NCBI RefSeq assembly: GCF_018350175.1
Contig: NC_058368.1
Span: 3,720,001-3,784,000 of the forward strand
DNA length: 64,000 bases
From: Felis catus
Lineage: Eukaryota
Reading direction: 5' to 3'
Shown here: positions 37,937 to 49,148 of the stretch, piece after piece
Position numbering within the stretch: position 1 is the first letter of the stretch
Layout of the letters: each line of letters opens with the position of its first letter
Translations under genes and position numbers: made by a program
The notes under the pieces: model-generated
Seen by the model: the letters and a program-made list of their open reading frames with translations, nothing else
The model's database searches: none
What the model was told of the DNA's origin: nothing

Positions 37937-39014
37937 GAAAATCATAAGGAAGAGAAAATACATTTACAGTGGTGCACTATGAAAAATGCATGTGTAAGTG
38001 GACCCACAGTCAAACCCATGTGGTTCAAGGGTCATGACCTTTTTCTTATTTGTAAAGGGGTCACTTAGTACCCTTTACACTCAAATTCCCTAATGCAAAT
38101 GAAAATTTATCTAAAGCTCAACCTATCTCATATTTTCACTTCGGTTGCCTGTCTTTTGAATTTGAATAAAAATGAACTTAATGTTTTTTTAAAGTTAAAA
38201 AAGTCATTTAAAGTTAAAAAAAGTTAAAAAAGTCATTCTTGTAAATTACTTCTCTGTTTCGCATGGATATGAATATATGCAGAGAGATTGAGTCTATTCC
38301 CAAAAATGCTAATGATGGCTAATTTGAATAGAATTTATAGGGTTTTAAAAATTGTGCTTTTTAAAATGCTTTATAATAAGGAAGAGTAACTTTTGGCAAA
38401 ATCAAAAGGGTACATTACATCAAGTGAAGTTTTTAAAAGTAATAATGTTGCAATTAAAATACAATTTGATTGGAAATCACGAAAATTTAAGACTTTTGCT
38501 CTGCCAAACGCTCTGTAAAGAGGATAAGAGGATGAGTCGTAAAACGGGTAGAAATAATATTTACAAACTATACATCTGACAAAACTTGCACCTAAAGTGT
38601 CAAGTCTATAAAGTACTCTCAAAACTCAATACTGAAAAAATCGAATCCAATTAGAAACTGAGCAACACATAGAGGTCACCAGAGAAGATGGCAATCGTGT
38701 ACAAGAAAAGATTTTCAGCATCATTAGCCATTAGGGAAACGGGAAACCAAAATAAGATATCGTGACACACTGAGCAGAACGGTTAAAATAAAATATAGAG
38801 GTAACAGCTAATGCTGCTGAGGGTGCAGAGAAGTTAGATCACTCACTGGTTGCTGGTGGAAATAACATGGTACAGCCACTCTGGAAAACAGTTTGGAAAC
38901 TTCTTAAAACCATAAACTACCCTACGAGCCCACAGTTACACTCTGGGCATTAATCACAGATAAATGAAGAGTTACGTTCACACAAAAACCTGTGTGGGAG
39001 TGTTTATATAAGCT

Positions 39015-39237
39015 TTCTTATTTGTTTTTTTTTAATTGTTTTAACGTTTATTTATTTTTGAGAGACAGAGAGACAGAGCACAAGCGGGGAGGGGCAGAGA
39101 GAGAGAGGGAGACACAGAACCAGAAGCAGGCTCCAGGTTCTGAGCTGTCAGCACAGAGCCAACTCTGGGCTCAAACCACTAGATCGTGACCTGAGCTGAA
39201 GTCGAACACTCCACAAACTGAGCCACCCAGGTGCCCC
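39015..39237 (-). mobile_element. CAN-SINE
   Basis: TSD tatataagcttt. Confidence 0.95.
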
Positions 39238-39272
39238 TATATAAGCTTTATTCTTGAAAGACCGAGCTAGAA

Positions 39273-39480
39273 GGGCGCCTGGGTGGCTCAGTTGGTTGAG
39301 CATCTGACTTCGGCTTAGGTCATGATCTTGAACCCTTTAGTGGGTTCAAGCCCCAGATCAAGCTCTCTGCTCGCACCCACCCCCCATCCCCCCAACCCCC
39401 ACCCCCCACCTCCCCACCGCTTGTGCACATGCACGCACTCTCTCTCAAAAATAAATAAACATTAAAAAATTAAAAACAAA
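39273..39480 (+). mobile_element. CAN-SINE with C-rich central tract
   Basis: Head, poly-C-rich middle, tail. Confidence 0.92.
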
Positions 39481-39864
39481 AGGCCAAACTAGAAATAATC
39501 CAAATGTCCTTCAAAAAATCATCAGATAAGCCATGGTCCATCCACACCATGGAATTCTACTCAACCGTAGAAATTAATGAGTGTTAATGTGTTGATACCC
39601 ATGTTGTGGATGGATTTCAGGGGGATTGTGCTGAGTGAAAAAAGCCAATCTCAGAAGGTTCCATACTGTATGGTTGCATTTATGTAAAATTCTCAAAATA
39701 TCCAATTATAGAAATGGACAACAGTAGTTGGCAGTGATTAGGATGAATATGGGGGGAGGGGGTGGACCTGGCTATGAGGGGTAGCAAAGAGCACTTTGTG
39801 AAGGTAGAACAGCTCTTTATCTTGATTGTGGTGAATCCACATAGGGATAACATTGCACACACTT

Positions 39865-39865
<1 letters not shown>

Positions 39866-39897
<32 letters not shown>
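39866..39897 (+). repeat. (CA)n microsatellite
   Basis: Direct observation. Confidence 0.97.
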
Positions 39898-39899
<2 letters not shown>

Positions 39900-40720
39900 T
39901 GAGAGTACTTAGAACCAGTAAAATTTGAACAAGCTCTGTGTATTATACTAATGCCGATTTTCTTATCTTGTTACTATATGGTAGGTGTGCAAGATGTTAA
40001 CACTGGGGAAACTGGGTGTAGACATCCTTGTAAGTTTTTTTTGTAACTTCCTGTGAACCCATAATTACTTCAAGGTGAGTTGTTTAAAAATATATAATTC
40101 AAGACACAAACAATCAAGTAAAGTAGTATATTTTCAATACATAAATGGTACAATATTTGATGAAGTCAAATAGTCTCTATTCTGCAGCAGATAGAATGAA
40201 TGATTTCAAATTAATGCAAAGCAAGGCTTGTTAGAAATACCAGAAGAAACAATCATTAATGAAAATTGCAGTATAAAAAAATTGTCAGAATTCAAAGCAT
40301 TTGTGTCATGTAATTACTAAGCTTGATTTCACAGACACACATTTTCCCAGTTGGTGTTCCTTTGAAGAGTGTCATGAGAAATGTAAATAGTTGCATGGTC
40401 AGGTAAGTGTGGAAAATTCTATATACTCCATCTTCCTCTTGTAGTTTCAGAATTCACTGTTTAAAATTCTTTAACAAGCATCTTCTAAAGCAGTGTACCT
40501 ATGTCTACTTTTTTTTTCCTATGTCTACTTTAAGCTAACCTAAGGGTTCCCAGGATATTCTCTTTTGATGTAGGACTTCCTAAAACCATTCTTTTCACAT
40601 GAAACACCAGAAGTTTGTCAGAATTGGAAGTGTTACCAACAGGTTTTTTTAGTGAATTTCAGAAAGGAAGAAAGGAAGACAGAAAGAAATACAAATACCA
40701 AAAGAAGGATAAGCTAGCAG

Positions 40721-40724
40721 GATG

Positions 40725-40762
<38 letters not shown>

Positions 40763-40878
40763 GATAGATAAATGATTGATAGATGATAGATGATAGATAG
40801 ATAGATAGATAATAGATAGATGATAGATAAATGATAGATGATAGATAGATAGATAATAGATAGGTAGATAGATAATAG

Positions 40879-40928
<50 letters not shown>

Positions 40929-40952
40929 CAATCATAGATAGATGATAGATTG
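40721..40952 (+). repeat. Compound (GATA)n microsatellite
   Basis: About 230 bp of GATA/GAT units. Confidence 0.98.
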
Positions 40953-41446
40953 ATTAACAGAAGGAAGAGGAAGAGAAGGAGGGGAAGAAATAGAAGTTAG
41001 TTTTTCTGCGACATCACTCTTCTTCATCAACTAGCAACCGCATTTGTTTTGTTCTAGCACAAAGCTCAAAGAAGGCCATGCTGAGTTCACCCAAAGTGAC
41101 AAATGCATTTATATACTTATCTCACTTTTGGAGAGGGAAACCTTGCTTGTGTTACCCTATGTAAATACCCTAAAATAGTCTACTAAACGTTTTGCTAATC
41201 AACCATTTTGAACATTGTTGATCTCGGTAAGAAATAAAATAATAGGAAAATGGAATTACATTTTGTTTTAAAAAGTATAAAGATGGTTTGAATAATTCAA
41301 AACGCTCGCATTGTTTTTACAAAGAAAAATGCACTTCAACATGTAATACATCTCTGTGAGACACCAGTTAGTTCATAGAGAGTACATAAGTAATACTAAC
41401 ATCGCCATCAAAACTTTATTCCTGGTGTTAATTATTGGGATGCCTT

Positions 41447-41670
41447 TGGGGTGCCTGGGTGACTCCGTCGGTTAAATGCTCAACTTCAGCTCAGATCATG
41501 ATCTCACAATTTGTGAGTTCGGGCCCCACATCAGGCTCTGCGCTGACAGCTCGGAGCCTGGAGCCTGCTTCGGATTCTGTGTCTCCCTCTCTCTCTGCCC
41601 TTCACCCACTCACGCTCTGTCTCTCTGTCTTAAAAATAAATAAACATAAAAAATGTTTTTAACTGAAAAA
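41447..41670 (+). mobile_element. CAN-SINE
   Basis: TSD tattggga(t/g)gcctttg. Confidence 0.96.
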
Positions 41671-42039
41671 AAATATTGGGAGGCCTTTGAGATGTATCAA
41701 GCAGAGAGGTCCTGGAACAAGCCACAGATCTCACATTAAAGTTCAGTGTCACTGGGTGTTATAAGAAGTGCTGTATCACTAAACTGTATCCCTGAAACAA
41801 ATACTACCCTCTATGTTAACTCACTGGAATTTAAATAACAACTAAAAAATAAAAAATACAGCTATCTCCCATCAGTGACATTTAAGACCACGGGAAGAAT
41901 TATTTCAAGATCTTCTGGTGTGTTTGAAAGCATGAGGTTAAGGGGTTTCAGTCCATATCCCGACTCATCATAAATTCATTGCCCAACCTTGAGCAAGGCA
42001 CTCAATCTGAGCAAACAATTCACCTTCCTCAGTCTTACT

Positions 42040-42310
42040 GTAAAGAATGAATCAGACCTATAAATGACAGACAACAGACCCACGGCTGCCAGAGGGGAGG
42101 GGGTGGGTGGGATAGGCAAAATGGGCAAAGGGGAGCTGAAGGTACAGTTACGAAATGAGTACGTCGCCGGGCTGAGAGGCACTGCACAGAGAACATGGTC
42201 AGCGGTGTTTTCACAGTGTTGTATGGTGACAAACGGTCACGATATTTGTGGTGAGCATGGCCTGATACATACACTGTGGACTCACCATACTGTGCTGTGT
42301 GCCTGAAACC
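42040..42310 (+). mobile_element. Carnivore-type L1 3' UTR fragment
   Basis: Homologous to 7927-8180. Confidence 0.8.
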
Positions 42311-42755
42311 CTCTTTTGCTGGTGCTAAGAACTGTATAAAGGGTGGTGAAGGGGTTTATTAGATACTGCCAACAGATAGATAATAACAGCAAGGTAATAA
42401 TAGATAATAACAGACAGTAATAGACAATAATAGTACATAGGTCATAGTTAACAACAAAGATATTGCCTATGAGTCTTTTATTTATTTATTTATTTATTTT
42501 GACAAACACACCTTGACCACCATCCTTTCTAACCTTGGTACTAAGTTCCGGGAAAACAATTCACAACTGAGATGGGGAGCCTACTGCATTCATAAACACA
42601 ATTACAATCAACAAGTAAGTGACAAGTGGGGCATCTGTAATGATGTCCCTGGGAGAAGCTACAAAAGGGAACAGTAGCCAAACGCACAAATAGTAACTAA
42701 GAAATGAGGCAAGTATCTTTTTGAAGTGTAAGATTTTTTAAGAGCTAGGACTCTT

Positions 42756-42940
42756 GGGGCGCCTGGGTGGCTCCGTCGGTTAAATGCTCAACTTCAGCTC
42801 AGGGCATGATCTCACGGTCCGTGAGTTCGGGCCCCACGTCGGGCTCTGTGTCGACAGCTCGGAGCCTGGAGCCTGCTTCGGATTCTGGGTCTCCCTCTCT
42901 CTCTGCTCCTCCCCCACTCACGCTCTGCCTCTCTCTCTCT
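42756..42940 (+). mobile_element. CAN-SINE lacking A-tail
   Basis: Head and (CT)n only. Confidence 0.94.
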
Positions 42941-43918
42941 GTGTTTGAACCAGCCTTGACCTTCCCGGGTGGCTCCGGCTACTTCCTGCAGCACCTGTGA
43001 GCAGTAAACCTCTCCATCTCAATTTCTCCTGTGGTTTGTGTCGAACCACATCTCACCCTTTCCCCAAGGGCCAGGCGGGACTCTGCTGCACCGGTATTAA
43101 TCTGATACATTCGTACCATGCATGCTGACTAATTAAAACTCTTTGCAACAGTCAACTCTGAAGATTAATTACAGACTTTTTGTAGAATATGTACAAGAAA
43201 AATACTTTGGTTTATACCGACTTCAGGAAAACAAGAAAGATGTGGCTTTATCATGGTTTCGTATATACGGTCGCCTCCCTTGAAGGATCAAATTATTACT
43301 CAGGGACGGACATCAATTCACGGTCATCCTTTCAAAGGCGCTCAGCGAGATTCGTGCCTTCCCTTCATTTTCCTCCCCATCTCTGGAATTCTTCCCAGTC
43401 GCCGTTAGCTCCAGACCCCGAGAACGTTTTCACAACCTGAATCCCTGTGTTCCTTTGCATTTTTTCTCAAGCCTGTTAAGCATGATGGCATTCAGCTCTT
43501 CTCGAGGCCGCCAGCTACCGATTGCGAGAGAGAAACCCCAGGGTAGAACAGATTCTGAGCTGCAGTTACTTACGATGCAATTCCAGCTCCTCCCCTGGCC
43601 AAACCGTTTTCTGACTCTCTGTCCTCAAGGTGAAATGGAGACAATATTACCATGTAACTTTCAGGGTTGCTGCCGTATTACCAACTCCACCGAGTTAATG
43701 AGAACACCCTTAGTCCCCTCGTTAACAATTAATCAAATCATTATTCATTAATACTCTTAATTAAGCGCACCCTTGCGGTACCCGGGTATCCTGTAAATTC
43801 TCAACAAATGTGAGATACAGGACGAGATTTAAGATCGACTTCCTCTCTATTACTTCACGGATCATTTAATTCCAGTGTTCTTATCGATTACTAGTCCATT
43901 AGAAAATTCAGCCTCTGT

Positions 43919-45308
43919 GTCAAAATACCATCCGACAGAGTCAAAATATCATAGATATTTAAAATATTAACAGATGCTCACGTTTGTAAGGGTAGAAGAC
44001 AAAACTACAGAATTTTTCAAACAGAATGAGACCATTTTTCTTGTCTTCCCCTGATTCCATGCTGGCTCTAAGCTTTAACCTAGTCCAATTAAGCATTTCT
44101 TGAGGATGCCCGATGCGTATCCTTTAATTCACTCCCTTAGTTATACTGGGAATCATCAGGGGCCATACTGGGGTTGCAAGCTGAGGGGGGGGAAAGATCG
44201 TCTGGGGACCCCTGCATGCACGTCACCAAAGTCCTGGCCTGTGAAATAGCAGACCTACATTTGAACGAAAGGCAAGTAAAACTTTTCACGTGCTTTACTG
44301 CCCACGGCAACGTGAATGCGAGAAGTGGACATGGGGCGGACACCATATTCGAGGTCGGTCTTGCTCCCCTAACACCTTTTTGCCACGAAACCCGAGACTG
44401 CACGCTTCGCAGCATCCTTCTCTCGGGTCTGTGTTTCAAGCCCACGGTCCTCGCTTGTCCACGGACGACCAAGCCCATGGCTCATGGGGAGTGCGGGTAG
44501 GGGCACGTGGCTGCCAGCCTGCCCTGCCATGGCCGCAAGCCCGACCTCTCCCCTGGGGTATTGACACCCGGCGACCAGTGTCCCAGCTCCTTCCTGACAT
44601 GGGTATGGCTACGATCGCAGTACGCGTGACTACGGCCAATATAGCAGTAGCCACCAAAACCAAGCAAATACTTGTATTGATTCATTCAAAAATTACATCT
44701 ACCATTCACTAAGCCCTTGGGATGCAGCAGTGAAAAACCAGATGGGTGTCTTTTTTGTCGTGCAGTTCACATTCCAGGAGGAGGAAATAAACAACCATGT
44801 ACCTACCGAGTCGGGGGGTGCCACAGAGTGTAAGGAAATCAACGCGGTCAGAGAGACACGGGCGCACTGTGTTGGGATAGGATTCTCAGGAAAGGTGACA
44901 TTCCAGCAGCGGTTAGGACCGGGCGAGAGAGCGAGCCATGTGGCTCTCGGGCCGGAAGAGTACGCGCCGGGCAGAGGGCGAGCAAATGCAGAATCGTGTT
45001 GGTTGCAGTCTGCTCGGGTTGCTTAAGGCAAATCAGGGAGGCCAGCATAGCCAGGGTGGGCTGTGGAAGGAGTGGAGGGAGATGAGAACACGTTGTGTTG
45101 GGCACCACGGGACAAGGTCAAAATACCATCCTACAGCGTCAAAATGTCAGAGGTATTTAAAGTATTAACAGACGCTCAAGTGTGTAAGTGTAGATGACAA
45201 AATTACAGAATCTGTGAAACGGAATCAGACCATTGTTACTGTCTTCCCATGATTCCACCCTGGTTCTAAGCTTTAATTTAGTTCAGTTAAGCATTCCTTA
45301 GGGATGCA
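43919..45308 (+). repeat. Diverged direct repeat of about 190 bp (43919-44110 and 45117-45308)
   Basis: gtcaaaataccatcc...tattaacaga...ctaagctttaa...ttaagcatt...ggatgc in both copies, collinear. Confidence 0.92.
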
Positions 45309-45450
45309 CTAGCTTTCGCCTGGAGTGAGATAGGGAGTCCCTGAAACCAGATGTTGAACAGAGAGGTGATAAGATCAGACTTAAGTTTTAGAAGAATCTT
45401 TCTGATCGTTATGTGAAGAACAGATTTGAGAGGCTGAGGGCAGGAGCAAG
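44670..45450 (-). mobile_element. L2 remnant interrupted by a 190-bp duplicated segment
   Basis: tgattcattca terminus, ggaaaggtgacattccagcag, gataagatcagacttaagttttagaagaatc. Confidence 0.7.
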
Positions 45451-47959
45451 GACGCCTGGTTCATTATATTTACATCTCCTGCGGCCTTCTATGTTGGGTG
45501 CTTAGGAACGCATTCGTCTATCTACACGTGCCTCACCTGTCCCATCTATTGAGTGCCTGTGTGCCGGGCATCATGCTACTCGTAAAGGACCAGAAAGGTG
45601 GTTCGGCCCGGTTCCCGCGACTAAGGACTTCAAATTTAATGGATGACCCTGTTAAAAAATAATGCACAGATTATGGGCGCTAGAATAGAGGGTTGTATGA
45701 AACATTAATGGAGGAATAATCATTTCTATTATTATCCCTTTCTAGTCAAATAATTCCCATTATTACTCCTTTGAGGTAAGAGAAAAAAACCGGGGCTGTG
45801 CACCAGGAGGTGCCAACAAGAAACAGAAGGAAAGAGAAGGTTCCAGCAAGCCGCCCAAGGGCCCATGGAATGTAGCCGTGCAGGCTTCGCCTGAACAGAC
45901 CTGTCCACATTTGGAAGTTAATACCTAGCAAAACATAATATAGGCAGGGTGGAAAAAACAAAGAGAAAAAAAGGGAAAGGAAACACAACGTTGGTGGCCT
46001 TGCGGGATTGCAGATCTATGCCCCTGCTTTCCCCGCAGGAGCCTGAGAAAGGTTTTAGAAAAGGATTTGTGTCCTAACGGGTTCTGGAAGACCTCTGGGA
46101 GATAAAGCCCCACTGAAAATCCAGGCTGAGAGGAGCAGTCAACAGGCAGGCTTTCCTAAAAATGAATATTTGACAAAACTGAAGAAAGGTCACATATTGA
46201 GCGTGAAGAGGACAAGTGTTTTATATTGATAAAAGGCACACTTCATCAAGACGTCAAAAAAACATGAAGGACTAAACATAGCATTGAAATATAGACAGCA
46301 AATATTTTTAAACATACAAAGAGAGGCTGGCAAACTAGATCCGAGGAGGGAGAAGGAAAAATCCCTCTCAGAAAATGGCAAATAACCTGGGGGGAAAAAT
46401 GACAGTGTTAAGAATTCGAATATCACGAATATTCAGCTTGCTGTGATAGATATGTAGAGAGAATCGTGCAACAAACAAATAGAAAATACATTCTTTTCAA
46501 ACACCACAGGACACTTGCAATAATTAGCCAGATGTTAGGTTACTAAAAAATTCTAAAGGAAAAAGTGCTCAAGGCAGAAATTACACAGCCAAGTTCTGAT
46601 TACAATGTTACAAAATCAGACGGTACACAACCAAAGGCTAGCCCCAAAGAGACTTTCCATGGAAAAAAAATGTCAAACCATTCTTCTAAATAACTCCAGA
46701 TAGAGGAAAACTCAAAATTAAAATTAACAACTATTCAGCCGTGAGTGGACCTAAAATACCATACATTGAAACACAGAATTTGGGCAAAGCATTAATCAAG
46801 GCAAATTTGACTGTGAAGGCATGTATTAGATACAGTATTTAGAAAAATGGGAAATAAGTGAGCGGAGGAGTCAATTCAATAGAGAAGAAAAAAAGCAACA
46901 GACTAAGCCAAAGCAAGGTGCATCAGCCAGCGATGAGGGGTGTAGGCTCCGATTCCAGGAAACCTGCCTCCACCGCTCCCCAGCTCTGCCCTGCGTGGAG
47001 TTTTCTGGCCTCTCTGTGCCTCGGCCTCCTCATCAGCAAACCACAGGCTCTTTTAGTTTTCTTAAGGGATTAAGTGAGACAGTAGAGGCAAAATTCTTAG
47101 AGGGCCTGACTTAAAGTAAGCATCCAATAAATTTACGCTTCTTTTAAGAGGAAGACAGCAATATAATTCAATTAGCCAAGGATCCGTTTTCTAGTGGCAC
47201 AGGTGCATCAAGAGTGGGTTCCATATCCTGTAAATAAGGCCCCTTTATTGAAATCTTAGATCTTCCAAGTATGCCGGGGTAGAGTGCCCATCGATGTCAG
47301 AGCAGTCCAGAACACTTCAGCAATGACGTACATTTAGGGAGACATTAGGGCCAATTCTGTACAGATCCTTTCAGAGGATATGCAGGGAGCATACACATTC
47401 TAGCTCGTTTTTTGAAGGCTGCAAAACCTTGGCTGCAAAAGTGGAACAGGACAGTATAATATTAAAAACTCGGCTGATCTCCTATATGAACATACATGCC
47501 AAACTCTTAAAGTATCTGCAAACCGAACCCATTTATACATAAAGGGTAATATGAGTGACCAAGCTGAACTTACCTTAGAAACACAAAGTTGGCTTCTCCT
47601 TGGGGGAAAAAAAAATCAAACAATGCAATTTATAAAGAAGAAAATTAAATGGAATAAAATAGAATAAGATAAAGGATAAAATTCATAGGATCTCAATCTA
47701 TGCAGAAAAACATTTGAAAAAAAATTCAACATTGATTGTTAAAAGCTCTTAGCAACTAGAAATAGAAGGAGGTTTCTTTCGTCTGAAAGAACAACTATGA
47801 AAACGTTATACGCAATGGTGGAATGCTTTATACTTCTATTTGAGGTTGGGAAACAAACTGGGATGCCCATTTTCTCCCCTTCCATTCACCATTGTATTGG
47901 AGATCTTAGCCAATGCAGTAAAGCAAGAAAAAGAAATCAGATACAGTGATTGGAAATGC

Positions 47960-48157
47960 AGGAGTGTGCCTGGGTGGCTCAGTCAGTTAAGCATCTGACT
48001 CCTGATTTCAGTTCAGGTCATGATCTTGCAGTTCATGGGATCCTGCCCCATGTCAGGCTCTACACTGATAGTTCAGAGCCTGCTTGGGATCCTCTCCCTC
48101 TCTCTCTGCACCATCCCCCTTTCTCTCTCAAAATAAATAATAAGACTTAAAAAAAAA
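47960..48157 (+). mobile_element. CAN-SINE
   Basis: TSD gaaatgca. Confidence 0.93.
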
Positions 48158-48356
48158 GAAATGCACGAATATAATCATCTTATGTAGGTAATATGATTAT
48201 GCACACAAAAATCCAAAACTATCCATGAATAGTTATTAAAAGGAATATTTGAGTTCTGTAAGTTTATTTTATGTAAGACCAATATTAAAAACTAATTTTT
48301 TTCTAAATATCCAAAACAAAAGAATTTTTTAAAACTTTTAAAAATCATTTGAAATA

Positions 48357-48575
48357 GGAGTGCCAAGGTGTCTCAGTGGGTTAAGCATCTGATTTCACCT
48401 CAGGTCATCATCTCACAGTTCGTGGGTTCGAGCCCCACGTCAGGCTCTGTGCTGACAGCTCAGAGCCTGGAGCCTGCTTCCGATTCTGTGTCTCCCTCTC
48501 TCTGTGCCCCTTCCCTGCTCATGCTCTGTCTCTCTCTGTCTCTCAAAAATAAATAAATGTTAAAAAATATTTTAA
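48357..48575 (+). mobile_element. CAN-SINE
   Basis: Head, (CT)n, tail. Confidence 0.94.
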
Positions 48576-49148
48576 ATAATGTGAAATAAATCTAATTAAA
48601 CGTGGAAAGTTTCTACACAGAAAATTATAAAACATCAAGAGAAAAAACTGATGTAGAAGAATAAAAGATATATCATGGTCATAAATTGGAAGAGACAATA
48701 TTGTAAAGATGTGAATTCTCTCCATATTGATTTATAGATTCAATGAACTATCGTTCGAAATCCCTTTAGGTTTTTTTATGAAATTGGCAGCTGGTTCGAA
48801 AACTTATATGGGAATGTGAAGGACCGAGAGTAGCCAAAAGAGAAGAAAACAGACATGCCCTAACGGACATCAAGATTTATTTTTAAACTATGGTAAATAA
48901 GGAGTCTGAGACTGGGGGCAGAGATAGGCAGACCAATGAGACAGAAGTGAGAGACCCCAGATAAACCTACACACAGACACTTGATTTATGACAAAGATGG
49001 TTCTGTAAAGTCCTGCATGTGGCCTTCTTGATAAACAGAACTGGGAAAGTGTATGTGTATCTATTGGGAGACAGGAAATAATCTCTAATCACATCTAATC
49101 ACTCAATCTAACAATGTAGAAGTTGCTCATCCCTTTATTAAAAGCAGT

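Larger units (their letters stand above)
37250..38036 (+). mobile_element. Tigger2a-like DNA transposon containing two SINEs
   Basis: TA|CAGTTGACCCTTGAAC on the left and GTTCAAGGGTCA on the right. The internal sequence resembles Tigger2a/MER28. Confidence 0.85.
38470..40090 (+). mobile_element. Old L1 3' half (L1MC/MD-like) with two SINEs
   Basis: catcattagccattagggaaa...tggtacagccactctggaaaacagtttgg...tgctgagtgaaaaaagccaatctca. Confidence 0.85.
46430..49080 (+). mobile_element. Highly decayed old L1 ORF2 fragments
   Basis: Recognisable L1 ORF2 phrases (gggatgcccattttctcccct...attgtattggagatcttagccaatgcagtaaagcaagaaaaag; ttgatttatagattcaatg). Confidence 0.75.

Noticed and set aside
44137..44712. 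CpG-richer region with several overlapping ORFs
   Set aside because: No recognisable product, and too modest to call a CpG-island promoter by eye.
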